64,000 bases of DNA from Protoeuglena noctilucae. Lineage: Eukaryota. Shown here piece by piece: positions 12,201-23,405 of this stretch (its first letter is position 1; every line of letters starts with the position of its first letter). The notes below the pieces were generated by a model. It was not told where the DNA came from and did not search any database. It saw only the letters and a list, made by a program, of their open reading frames with translations. The position numbers and the translations under genes were made by a program. The stretch spans positions 372,001 through 436,000 of the forward strand of contig OY253675.1 in assembly GCA_958009085.1 (NCBI GenBank), in the 5' to 3' direction.

Positions 12201-15058
12201 TCATCACCCCCACCCCCAACCACCCCCAACCCCTCACCCGCCAGCGCGAGGGAGTAGGTCACCACCGCGTAGTCCCGGTCGATCAAATAGAGCCGCTGCT
12301 GCTGGGCGTGGTATCCCAGCAGGTGCATGGGTTTCTCGAGATGCACGATCGTGGTCGTCTCCCCACCCACCGCGTAGTTGAGGCGCCAGGTGGCGTTCAG
12401 ATACACAAAGCACGCGCCGACCCACATGCCGGTGTGAACCCGCTCCTCCACCTCTTGCACCACCTCAAAGGCGTCGCCCAGGCCGTCCTCGTTGTTGATC
12501 TCCGCCCCGTCCGCGAGCGCCTGCTCCAGCGCGGCCGGGTTGTACTGCAGCACGAAAAAGGACGCGTCGCAAAGCACGACCAGGCTCTCCCCGCCCTCGC
12601 TCCACTGCAGGTCCCGCGCCTCCACGTCGATGCGGCGGACGAGCGTGGCGGTGTCCCAATCGTAAAAGCACACGAAGTCCGCCGCCTGCACCCCGATCAG
12701 CCGGCCGCCGAAGATCTTGACCACCGGGAAGGGGACCTTGAACGCGGTCGCCTCTTTGAAGTTCCGGAAGACGCGGATGGTCGATCCGGACTCCCGCACC
12801 GCGAAAAGGTTCGAGTCCTGGCCCCACGCGAAGTCCTGGGCCTGGCCGAAGTGGCGGTTGCGCCAGGCGACGGCGGTGTAGATGATGTACTCGCCATCGC
12901 CACACTGGGAGTGGAATAAGGGGTGGGGTTGGTTTGATATGTGAATTGAGGTGTAGACGATGTACTACCAAAACAGCACATATCACTTTTGCCTGTGTTC
13001 AACTTCCCCTTCCATCATCACTCACCACGGCGATGAACCTCCCGTTGGGCGAGTGCTTGAGGAAGGTGGGGAACACGTCGGCGGTCCCCATGTCCTTGAC
13101 CGCCAAAGGCAGCCGCTCCCCGTCCTGCACCTGGTACTCCCCCATGCTCTTGATGGATGCCGACTGCACCTCGGTGTGTTTGGCCCACACGATCTTGCCC
13201 GTGGTGGCGTCCATGCTGGCCATCGGGTCGTCGCTGCCCATCTTGACCACGACCGAGCCCTCGTCGCAGCCGACGGCGAAGCCGTTCAGGCCCTGGGGGT
13301 GGGGGAAAGGGAAGGGTATGTGAGTGAATGTGATTGAGTGCAAGTACAGCACAGCCGTTCAGGCCCTGGGAGAGGGGAGGGGGGTGGACGGGTATGTCAA
13401 TGAATGTGACTGCAAGTCATTGCGTGTAACGCAGCCCTTTGCGAAGCCATTCAGGCCATCGCATGTCATGGCATGCTCTCTCCACCCTCGCACTCTCACA
13501 TTCACCTTACAGGTCGATGGTACCCACCCATCTCTCTCAATAACCCTCACCTTCGTAGCCGCCAGCGCCCAGCACCGGTCCATGCCGTAGTTGAACGTCT
13601 GCTCGACCCGGTACGTGGTCGCGTGCCACATCCGCACGGAGCTGTCCTCCGATGCGGACAGGATGAGGGGCAGCTCGGGGTGGAAGGCGACCGCGGACAC
13701 GTTGCCCGTGTGGCCCTGCAGGGCCTGGATGCACGCCTTGGTCTGCGGGGCAGGGTCGAGGGGTGGGGTCGTTGAGGTGAGTGTATGAGATAAGAACCTG
13801 TGAGATCACTCCTGGAAAGTGGTTTCTAAACTGAATCTTGTTTTACACACATCAATTCCCACCTTCCACAACCACCCACCCCACTCCTCCCCATCTCTCT
13901 CGCCTGGTAGTCCCACACGCGCACGGTGGCGTCATCCGCGCCCGATATGAGGTACGGCCGGTCCCCCCCAGGGTAGTAGTCGATGCAGTTGACTCCCTTG
14001 GCGTGACCCTCGAGGGTGAAGTTGGGAATCGGCGATCCCAGCGACCATATCTTGACGGTGCAGTCCAGCGAGGCCGTGGCGAAGGTGTTGGGGTCCTTGG
14101 GGTTGAAGACCACCTGCATGACGTAGTGCGAGTGGCCCTCGAAGACCTGCGGGGAGTGAGAGGGTGCGGGGTTGGTTGGGGTCGAATGAATGACTGCCAC
14201 TTGCATGACGTAGAGCGAGTGACCCACTGGGGCGGGGCGGTGATGGTGCTAGTCCTTGCTCCAGTTCCCATTGCGTGCCTCTGCCATCGCTACTCACTGC
14301 CATCTCCACTAAAACGCACCTGCGTGCACTGCCAGTCCTTGTTCCAGTCCCACAGCTTGACCAGCATGTCGTCGGCACTGGTGAGGACGTACGACAGCGA
14401 AGGGTGCACGGCGACCGATCGGATGTAGTCCGTGTGAGCCTCGAAGTCCGCCACCTTCTCCATCGTGTTGTAGTTGTAGACACGAAGGTGCATGTCGTCC
14501 GAGCCCGCCACCACCCACTGCTTGCGAACCACAAACTTGGCGCTACGCACTGTGGCGAGGGACATACGAGAGACGGGAGCTGATCAATGCGACTTGCAAT
14601 CCAGAAGGGTCAAGCGGTGTTGTCAACAATTTGTGTTGCCCACACACAGAGCAAGGTGCTTCATACTAGGGGCGCTCGCAACGCTTACGCAGACACAGGT
14701 GAAGCGCAAGGAAACAAATCGGTCCGCGCCATCTATTTGACCAGTCGTTCGCGCTCAGCTCACCGGGGAGCTCCGAGACTTCGAAGGACTTGACCACGGC
14801 GTTGTTTTGGTAGTCCCAAATGACCACGGACCCATTGTACAGGTTGGTCAGCAGCCAGGGCTCCGTCGGGTGGATCTCCACGCCCTTGACCCGCTCCGAA
14901 CGTTGCATAAACACGCGCTTGGCGTCCAGGTGGAGCGGCTGCGGGAGGGGACGCGCTGGCTTGTCGGAAAGCGGGCAAGGGGCGCCACGATGAGCGCAGC
15001 GCTGTCTCGCGAGCGCCGGGATGGATCCCAAGCCACAGAAAGTGCGATGCGCGAACAT
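9285..15058 (-). CDS. COPB2: Coatomer subunit beta' (COPI, WD40), ~14 exons
   Basis: Exons [126 protein letters not shown] are diagnostic of beta'-COP/Sec27. The acidic tail ends DDDDWGEA* at 9285. Confidence 0.97.
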
Positions 15059-15692
15059 GGGATTCTCTAGCTGCGACGTGCGCAACCAGAGACGCCTGCT
15101 CGCGGCGCAAACGACCGGGGGATTCGTTAAGAGGCAGGGAGAACACTGCACGAGCAGATCGCGCGGAACTCAGAGGGGATGGGGCCCCGCAGTGCCACTG
15201 CCCCGAATTCCGACCCGTACACGACCGGGTGGAGCAGTGGAACGGCGCACCCCACCCCTCGGGCGCCGAGAGGGATGCCCCGAGCTCGCGCCCAGCTTCG
15301 GGCACCATCCCCGGCGCTGGGGATCCCGCGGGGTCCCGCTACACGCAGCAACGCGGACGGCATGCTGCATGTTCTCAGCTCCTCGAGCAGCTCGCCCAGA
15401 AACCCGCGGCGAGGGTCGCAGGACAACCATGCGGAAAGGTCGGGTCCCGCGGGCCGGTGAGGGGCCCAGAACCGATAGAACCATGCACATTTGTGCGCAC
15501 CGCACGGCCATCAGGGCCATCCGACTCACCATGGCGCCCCACCCTCGATGCGCGCCGGGGGGGTCCCCGCGTGATACGATGCGGTCTGCAGCGAATGCCG
15601 ACTGCTCGGGAATCGAGAACTCGCCGGTGTCCGCGCGCGCGGGGCCCCGCACGAGCCCGCGAATCGCCACGTCAGGCGCCAGAGCAGGCGGG

Positions 15693-15848
15693 GGCATCAT
15701 CGGGAAAACCCGGCGATTTGACGTCACTCGGATCAGGAGGATCGCGGGAATCACTGGATTCATCCCAGTGATCCCCGGGAATCGCCGGGATCATCCCCGT
15801 GATCCCGGCGATCCCCGCCACTGCCGCAGTGATCCCAGCGATCCCGGG
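15693..15848. repeat. Left (sub)terminal repeat block with ~10-bp-periodic GATC/GAATC motifs
   Basis: ggcatcatcgggaaaacccggcgatttgacgtcactcggatca...catcccagtgatccccgggaatcgccgggatcatccccgtgatcccggcgatcccc; the reverse complement aligns with 21154-21277. Confidence 0.75.
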
Positions 15849-16389
15849 CCGCGGCCCTGACGCGCGTGCGCGCCCCCGCGTTTGCTCAGGGGGCTCGAGA
15901 GGAGGCGGAGAGACCGCACATTTGCTAGTTGGTGCTAATGACTGCCTCGGAGGCCCCTCTCGCGTCCTAAAGCTTGCTCCAGCATGCAGACGGGGGCCGT
16001 CGACGCATCCGGGGTCCGCTTCCCCTGCGCCGCCGCTGTTCAACGTGAGATGTCCATATCTATGCGATGAGCGGGAGCTCGCGGGCTCGCCGGGCCCCCG
16101 GGGGCGCCGGGGAGGTCCCCGTGCTCGACCAGGCCTACCGCCGCCGCGGCCGCGATCGGGCACGCAGCGCTTGGCCTATGGATTGAGGTGACCTAAATCT
16201 CGCTAGCTGCGGCGCCTTTGCCGGCTACGCCGCACGGAGGTGGCTGCTGCATGGGAGGTGAGCCGTCCCCGCCGTCATGGCGCTGCGGATGGGGGCGCGG
16301 GGCTGGCTTCGGAGAATTATCTCGATACAGATGACATCGCCGGCGTCGGGGACCTGGCACCGCGAGCATCGGGGAGCTCCTGGGGTCAC

Positions 16390-19300
16390 CTACTCCTCGC
16401 CGCCGCTGGCGTGGTGCTCCCAGACCTGCTGCACGTGGCCGCAGTGAAGAAGCTTCCCAGCAACTTTCACGGCGTGAAGCTGCCGCCGAAGGTTGCGGAG
16501 GGGCACGCACTTCAGAGCCTCGCCCTCCGCAGGCTCCAGGAGCGACAGCTGGGGAGGCTGCAGCGCTCCCAGGTTGGTGTAGAACGACAAGCACTGGTTG
16601 GACAGGTATCTCAGGTCGCATGGGGCCCTGTGCACCGGGGCCACCAGGGCGCAGAGGAAGGTCCCGGCACCGGAGCTGGTCTTCGCCTCAACCCCGCACA
16701 CGACCCTGCCCGTCTGCAGCGTGCCCCTGTCCGGGAGGTACTCGACGAAGGACAGGGTCTCGTCGGTGGCGACGATCCTGGCCCGGTCCCCGCTGGCCGT
16801 CCCGATCTCGACCGTGGAGGTCAGCGCGACCTCGCCCAAGACGTGGCAGGGAAGCCCCGCGCCCTTGAGGGCGTTCAGGAGGTCCGCCTTAGAAACGAAG
16901 TCTTCCGCGCGTCCCTCGCTGCACAGGTCGTTCTTCTTCAGGACGGTCTTCACGCCCTTCACTTGGTCCTCGGGCTGGGACGGGACCGGCTGCTCCGCCC
17001 TCGCCCGGCTCTTGATGACGGAGGCCGCCCTCTGAGAGATGACGCTGGTGCTCGCCTGCGACAGGGCTGGGGGGTCAGTCCAGCGCGGCTCAGCATGGCA
17101 CGCGGGTCGAGCGCCGTGCGACCGCATCGAGACGTGTGAGTCGCAAGAAACGCGTCCTGCGTGGGCTTCCCCGCGTCGCCTACGCTGGGCGGCGCTTCTT
17201 GCCTGTACCTGCACGTCGCCCTTGCCGTTCGTGCGCGCGTTGGCAATGGGCTTGTGCATGCGCTCGGCGTCGTTCATGCTGCCCAACATGATGGAGCCGT
17301 TCCTCGCCACCACTGCAGGGAAATGCGAAAGCGCGTGGCACTTCTGGCTGTTCTCGATCTTGCTGAAGAGGGGCTTCTCCGTGCGGACGATTTCGTGGCC
17401 ACGCAGCAGCGTCTTGAGCACGACCTGCGGCGACACGGCAGCGACAAGGCTTCCAGAGTGAGTAAGGGGCAGCGAACGATGGGGCTGGTGTTGGAGAAGG
17501 CCTCACGTGGAGGACCTTATTCAGCTGCGCGTCCGCCGCCTGCGCCCCTGCGATGGTGGCGCTCTCCAGGGACCATTCGGCATAGAGCTGAAGGCATGCC
17601 AGGGCTACGGCCACGAGCCCAACCCTCTCGTCGTGCACGTCTTTGCTGCCCGTAGGCTCTGCAAGGGATGTGGTGGTGGGGAAACACTCCCGGGGTTCCC
17701 CGGCCCGCATCGCGATACCCGCAGCTCCTCCCGATGCCCTCGCAGCGCTGACTGTCGGCCTCGCCTCGAGAGAAGAGCTCGACGAGGGCGAAAGGCAGAG
17801 CTTGGATCAAGAACCTCGCCTCGTACGCCTTTATCTTCCCAAACGGGTCCACGAGGCTCAGCACGATCTGGAAGGTCTCGCCCCACGGACGGGCGTGGAT
17901 CCATGCCGGGGCCTGCGCTCCACCCACACGACGATGGACATGCCAGGTGAATACCGAGCAGCTGCGGCGCCACTGCAGGCAACGCACGCCATTGCCTGAC
18001 CTGCAGCTCACCTTGGCATCCGCAATGATCGATGCGAACGCAGCCAAGAGGGCGTTTGCCTTTGTCGCAGACTCTCCCGCTGCCGCGTTGTTGTAGAGGA
18101 CGGTCAGTATGCAGAAGGGAACAGTCTTGCCCAACATTCCCAGTTCCACGGTGTGCATGGGGTCAGGTGCTTGGCCCTGATACAAGTCCGACCCGAACTC
18201 GTCCCAGTACGACAGGGCAGGAACCACAGGATGAATTTTGCTCTCCCTGGCTTGTTCGTTGGCCCTGGCCGTCCCCACGTCCCTCCTCAAGCGCAGGATG
18301 TGCTGCACCTGGAGGCGATGCAGCGCGACGGTGCGAGGCGTGCGGCAGTCATCCTGGAGGCACAGCGGGCACGACCTGACGGCCAGCGTGGACGAGTTGG
18401 CCATCATGTCGTTCAGCTGCGCCGCCAAGACGGAAAGACGATGACTCTCCCGACGTCGGGGAGGGTCATCCACACCCCACCGGACCTCGCCACGCCAATC
18501 AGCTGCCGGTCCACGGCAGCCAGCCGCCGCTGGATGGCCTCTCTGTTGTTCAGGTCTGCCTGTGACCCCGGAGTGATCCCGGACACCTGCGGGGGCCTCG
18601 AGCGACAACTCATACACGCGGCGTGGTGGTGGACGTGTGGGCTGCAACGCCGGCAATCCTCCTCTCGCCTTCATGGACTCGACGGTGGCCACGGTTCGCG
18701 GCGTCCCTGTCCTCACGGCCTTGCAAGGCGACAGGAGGTGCATGTGGATGGGCGTCGTCGATGCGCCCTTGGTCATCTCCACCCCGTCGATGCTGTACGC
18801 GACCGGCACGAGGAGCAGCCGGGCGTGCAGCTCGGGGCGGACTTTGCCAGCGACAGCCTCGGCTATGTCGCTATACCCCTTCGCCCGGGAGAAGGTGAGC
18901 TTCTCGTGGATGCTGGGATGCGTCTCATGTGGTCTCGCCCGCGCCTGGCGTGACCGTTCCCGTGCCTCGCTGAAGTCTCGCATCAACTTAACGAGCGTCT
19001 TGGGCTTGATCTGCTCCGCGTGCACCAGCATGTCCCTCAGCACCGTTATCGTTTGGTAGATGATGGTTGTGCTGCCCTCCTCTTGCAAAACCTGCAGGCC
19101 GTGCGTGCACTGGTTGGCGTCAGCCCCCTCGGCCGCGTCCGAGGCCCTCGACACAAGCGGCACCGCGGCGTGACGCACCTCGTACTGGCCATGGATGCTG
19201 TTGAGTGAGGTGTGGAACGTGCGGTGGGAGCGCCCGAGGTCGAGAAGGTCGTCGCGGATGTCGGGGCGCAGCTTCACGAAGCAATCGAAATGCGCTGCCG

Positions 19301-19892
19301 TCAGCGATGCCATGAACTGCGCCCCTGCTTCAAGTTGGCTCAGGTACTCATCGTCACTGTCCCTGCTCCTGGCCCGCCATGCCTCCAGGTCCTCCGGCAG
19401 CTTCAGCGGTTCGTACTCCCCGGGCGCAGGAAGGTAGGAGACTCCAGGAGCGTCCTCTTGGGGCGCATCATGCGCTCCGGCGCTCTCGGGCGGTTCACCC
19501 CTCTCCGAGTCAATGTCCACGTCCATGTCCACGTCCGTGTCGGCGTAGTGGAGCCACGCGAGTCCTACATCTTCGCTCTCGCCATCACTGCCCGCAGCAA
19601 CGTCCGCCGTCCCGTCTTCCTCCCGCAGTTCTTGGTCTGGTCCCGCGCTGGCGCTGTCGCGTGCCAGCCCGTCCGAGCCTCGCAGAGACGGAGAGACATA
19701 GTGTTCGTGTGGGGCGGCGGGGCGGGGTGCTTCCTGGCGGCTCTCCTCGCCATATCTCCAGCCCCACAGCGCAGGGCATCTTTGCTGATGCCGGGCGAGC
19801 TTGGCCGGGGTATCGAATTGCGTTCCACACGCGTCGCATTCGAGCATGGTGAGCTGCAGCGCAGGTTGCGATGCAGGGTTCAAGGCGGGCAT
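16390..19892 (-). CDS. Plavaka-type (EnSpm/CACTA-related DDE) transposase with N-terminal zinc finger; ~7 exons; apparent 1-nt frameshift near 18432
   Basis: N-terminal CDACGTQFDTPAKLARHQQRC zinc finger; VPVAYSIDG (first D); GGVWMTLPDVGRVIVFP/VLAAQLND..CPLC; DLYQGQAPDPMHTVELG (DxxH motif); KCHALSHFPAVVARNG....NDAERMHKPIANARTNGK. The order and spacing match my recollection of Plavaka/EnSpm-like transposase motifs. Confidence 0.75.
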
Positions 19893-21153
19893 GGTGAGGG
19901 CGTGGAAGCGGAGGTGAGGAAAGTCCAGCGCGCGCTCTGTGGGTCAGGCAGGCTCAGGGGTCGTCAGTCCTCCAGGCAAGCGGGGGTGGATTGCAGGGCT
20001 GCAGCGACAGCACCGCGCACAGGCGAGGCTCGGCGCTGCTGGTGCGAACAGCGCTGGATCATCGTCCCTCTCTAGGGTGAGAGTGCAGCCTGCTGCTGAG
20101 CCATCTGCGAGGTGTGCTGACGTGGCTGGGGAGGGGAGGGGCCAGCTCCCGTGAGGTGAGATGCAGCATACGCATGACTAGATCAGGTCGGACATTGTCG
20201 CTGTCCCCGAGGTGCGCGGTTGGTCTGCTGCGCTACCGGTGGGGTCTGCGACACGGTCAGGTGTGCAAGGGGGGGTTGGTTGGCTGGGAGGGACGAAGGG
20301 CTGGTCCGCCAGCGTGGTATCTCTGTACTTGCTCACTGTACCTGGCACCGTGCCTGCACTCTCTCACCCCGAGACTGACTCTAACTTCGCCTAACAAGCA
20401 CGCAGGCGCACGTGCCACCTCGTCCCAAGTTCCGGCGCTGGTCGGGTGCTGGCCGGGCCCGCCATGGCTCGTCCGCCGACCCATGCCCCTTGTCTGTCGT
20501 CTGGCGTCCGCGGCGCCCCGCAGCGGTGGTCATCGACTCCTGGGGCGGCCGTCGGCACGGCGGAGTCGCGCACGCCACCATCTCCCGAGTGCCTGGCCCG
20601 AGTGCCGGAGCGCCGCTCCCCGATGGAGCGGCAGCGTCCGGAACAAGCGGTCGGTGCCTCTGGCGGTGGTCGCTGCGCGCTCCCGTCGCGCCTGCGGCCG
20701 CCCGAGTCCGGCTGCATGTGCGTGCATGAGTGCGTTGCCTAGAGCGTCACGGATGGTCATGTAACCTCGGCGTAGGGATTGAAATACCAATAGCTACGCT
20801 AGGGAGCGATTACGGGCCGAACGGAGCCCCCCGGGCCGCGCGGGCCCCGGAGCGCGCGTGCCCAAAAGATGCGTCCGATCGCGATCAAGATAGGTCTGAT
20901 CGCGGCCGAGAAGGAAGATAGGCGGCGGGATAGCCTCGGCTAACGCTTCCGGCGCCGCTGCGCTCCCGAGTGGGCCCCGCTCCCCGCGATCCCCGACCAC
21001 GACGAAATGCCGCGAAACTGCTCCCAGCGGCCTCTCGCATCCCGGGTGCGCCGTGGCCGTAACCGCGCCGCGTAAAACGGCCTCCCCAGGGAGATCGGGC
21101 GCGCGGCTGGAATCACTGGGCTCAATGAGGGTTTACATTACAGTCTGTGTCGT

Positions 21154-21277
21154 CAGTGGGGTCACTGGGATGATCCCTCTGATACCCCGGGATCAGCGGG
21201 ATGATCCCCACGATTCCTGGGTATCACGGGGATGATCCGACTGACGCCAGACTCGCGGTTTTCCCGATGACGATGCC
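21154..21277. repeat. Right (sub)terminal repeat block: ~31-bp tandem unit GGGATGATCCC..GAT.CC.GGG.ATCA, inverted relative to the left block
   Basis: gggatgatcc occurs at ~21167, ~21198 and ~21229, followed by gactgacgccagactcgcggttttcccgatgacgatgcc, which mirrors 15693-15735. Confidence 0.75.
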
Positions 21278-21492
21278 GTCGGGACCGATCGTGGTTCGCT
21301 GTTCACGGCCCGTGCTCCCCGCCATCACTCCAGCCCTCGCGGGGCCGAGATTGCTCGCTGGACTTTGCGCTGGTGCGTGCGGCGCAGGACGCGTGAAATC
21401 CGATCTTCGGTGGCTTCCCTGATTCTCTCTGCGTGCTTGGTGATACCGAGTTAGGGCAGAGAGGGAGGGAGGCGCGCGGGAGCGGGCGCAGG

Positions 21493-23123
21493 ATGCCGGC
21501 AGCGGTGAGACGGTGGGCTCTTGGCCTGCCGTCCCTCCTCCGTGGCCTGGGCAGCGCTGCGAGGTCCGCGGGGGAGGCTTCGACGAGCGAGAGCACCATC
21601 GCGCGTGGTGCGGCAAGCCGCGCGTCCCTATGGAGTTTCGCGGGACGCCTGGATGGGGCCCCTCGCGACTCGCGGCCCGCATGGCCCGGCGTCCGGGGTT
21701 TCGCGGGCTGCGCGTCCTCGTCTGTATCGACATTTCCCTCATTTTTCGGCGGATGGGGTGGCATGGGGTCTTGGGCGCGCTCCTTCGCCAAGAATGCCGT
21801 GGCGGGGGAGGCGGGGCTCAAGCGATACCGCCCCGTGACGCCCGGCCTGCGCCACCGCGTCATCACCCGGCGCAGCGATCTCCACAAAGGCCCTCCCGTC
21901 CGCGCTCTCACGGAGGCCAAGAAGCGCATCGACGGGAGGAACAACCACGGCAAGGCGAGCAGCGTTTGGATAGGGAAGCACAACGACACCTGCGCAGTCT
22001 CTTCGCGGCTGCTAGAAGCCACTGGGCGACCCGCTGTTCTCGTAAGACAGAGATGATCGTCAATATCAAATCATTCATGGGCTGTGACCGATCATCAATC
22101 ATCCGCGCGCAGAGGACTCGGCGACACCGCGGGGGGGGCCACAAGCGCAGGTATCGCGTCATCGACATGGGGAGGGCCGTGCGGGGGACGCAGGGAACGG
22201 TGCAGCGGATCGAGTACGACCCCAACCGGACCGCGCGCATCGCTCTCGTCAAGTACGACTCTCTTGCAGAGCAAGGCGAACAGACGGGCCAGCGGGACTT
22301 CGCGGACGGGTTGAGGTGGGCCGCCGGCTGCGGTGCGGTGATCCGTCGCAGAGCTTGGGTTTGTCGAGCAGAACGTAAGTCACGAAGGCCTCGCTCCTGG
22401 GTTGCAGGTACATCATCGCTACCGAGGACATGGCTCCGGGGATCGAGGTGGCGGCGGGGCCGGACGCCCCCGTGAAGACGGGGTGCGCGCTGCCGCTCGC
22501 CAGCATCCCTGTCGGCACCTTTGTGCACAACGTGGAGCTGTACCCAGGGCGGGGCGGGAAGCTGGTCCGGGCGGCGGGGACCCAGGTGGGGGAGGTCTTG
22601 GCTGCACGCGGATGGCGTGAACGGCAAAGCGCGTCGACTTTGTGTCACGATGCTGGGCTTGTCGCCTGCAGGCCCAGCTCATCGGGCGCGCCGACGACAA
22701 GTACTCGATCGTGCGCCTGCCGTCGGGGGAGGTGCGCAAGATCCACAGCGGGTGCTACGCCTCGGTGGGCCGCGTGGGTAACGTGCTCCACAACAACGTG
22801 AAGCTGGGCAAGGCGGGCGCCAAGCGCTGGCTCGGCAGGAAGCCGCGGGTGTGCGGTGTCAACATGAACGCGGTGGACCACCCGCACGGGGGCGGCAAGG
22901 CCCGCCACGGGCCGGGGAGGCCCAACGTATCGAAGGTGAGCGCAGTGCTCGGTGGCATCGCAGGCGGGCGCGGGCTGGAAAGTGCGTGGGGGCTGACGTG
23001 TTTAACGCTGCCATGCCGCCCTGACCGCAGTACGGCGTGCTCGCCAAGGGAGGCAAGACCAGGAATCCTCGGAAGCCGAGCAACGCGTTCATCATCACCT
23101 CCCGGCGCGAGGCCAGGGCGTAG
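21493..23123 (+). CDS. rpl2: Organellar (probably mitochondrial) ribosomal protein uL2 with N-terminal targeting extension; exons 21493-21954, 22113-22315, 22408-22585, 22672-22935, 23031-23123
   Basis: [110 protein letters not shown] are bacterial-type L2 motifs. All junctions keep frame. Confidence 0.96.
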
Positions 23124-23405
23124 TTGGCGGTGCGCATGCTTGGATGGCTTCCGTTTCTGCGACTGCGAGTGCGTTCGGCGATGCCTGGCGCTGCACAGTC
23201 AGTTGCTCTGGACTGGCTGGCGTGCATTGAATTGGCTTTGGAAACCTGAAAGGCGACCCGACAGCTGACTGCGGGCTGACAGCTGTCCCTGACAGGTGGG
23301 GCTGCAGGAATCGGGCTTAAATAGCTCTCGCCAAGCCTCGAGCGCCACAGTTCCTGCCAACTTCGATCGACCTGCTTGACGGCCGGCCACTTCGCTGATT
23401 CGACA

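Larger units (their letters stand above)
15693..21277. mobile_element. Putative Plavaka/EnSpm(CACTA)-related DNA transposon: transposase gene bracketed by imperfect inverted repeats; exact ends and TSD not determined
   Basis: Transposase-like gene 16390-19892 lies between inverted GATC-rich repeat blocks at 15693-15848 and 21154-21277, in the intergenic region between divergent COPB2 and rpl2. Confidence 0.65.

Noticed and set aside
15693..15848. CRISPR-like array in the GATC-rich blocks (also 21154-21277)
   Set aside because: Units are degenerate and contiguous with no unique spacers, no cas genes are present, and the context is eukaryotic.
16240..17139. 299-aa plus-strand ORF as a second element gene
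   Set aside because: Antisense shadow of the transposase's last exon; no recognisable motifs.
17517..19892. 791-aa single-exon ORF taken as the real protein
   Set aside because: It reads through introns and through the wrong frame of exon 18433-18586; conserved motifs require splicing and further exons down to 16390.
19900..21100. Additional passenger gene inside the putative transposon
   Set aside because: Only short ORFs without codon bias or motifs; cannot be supported.
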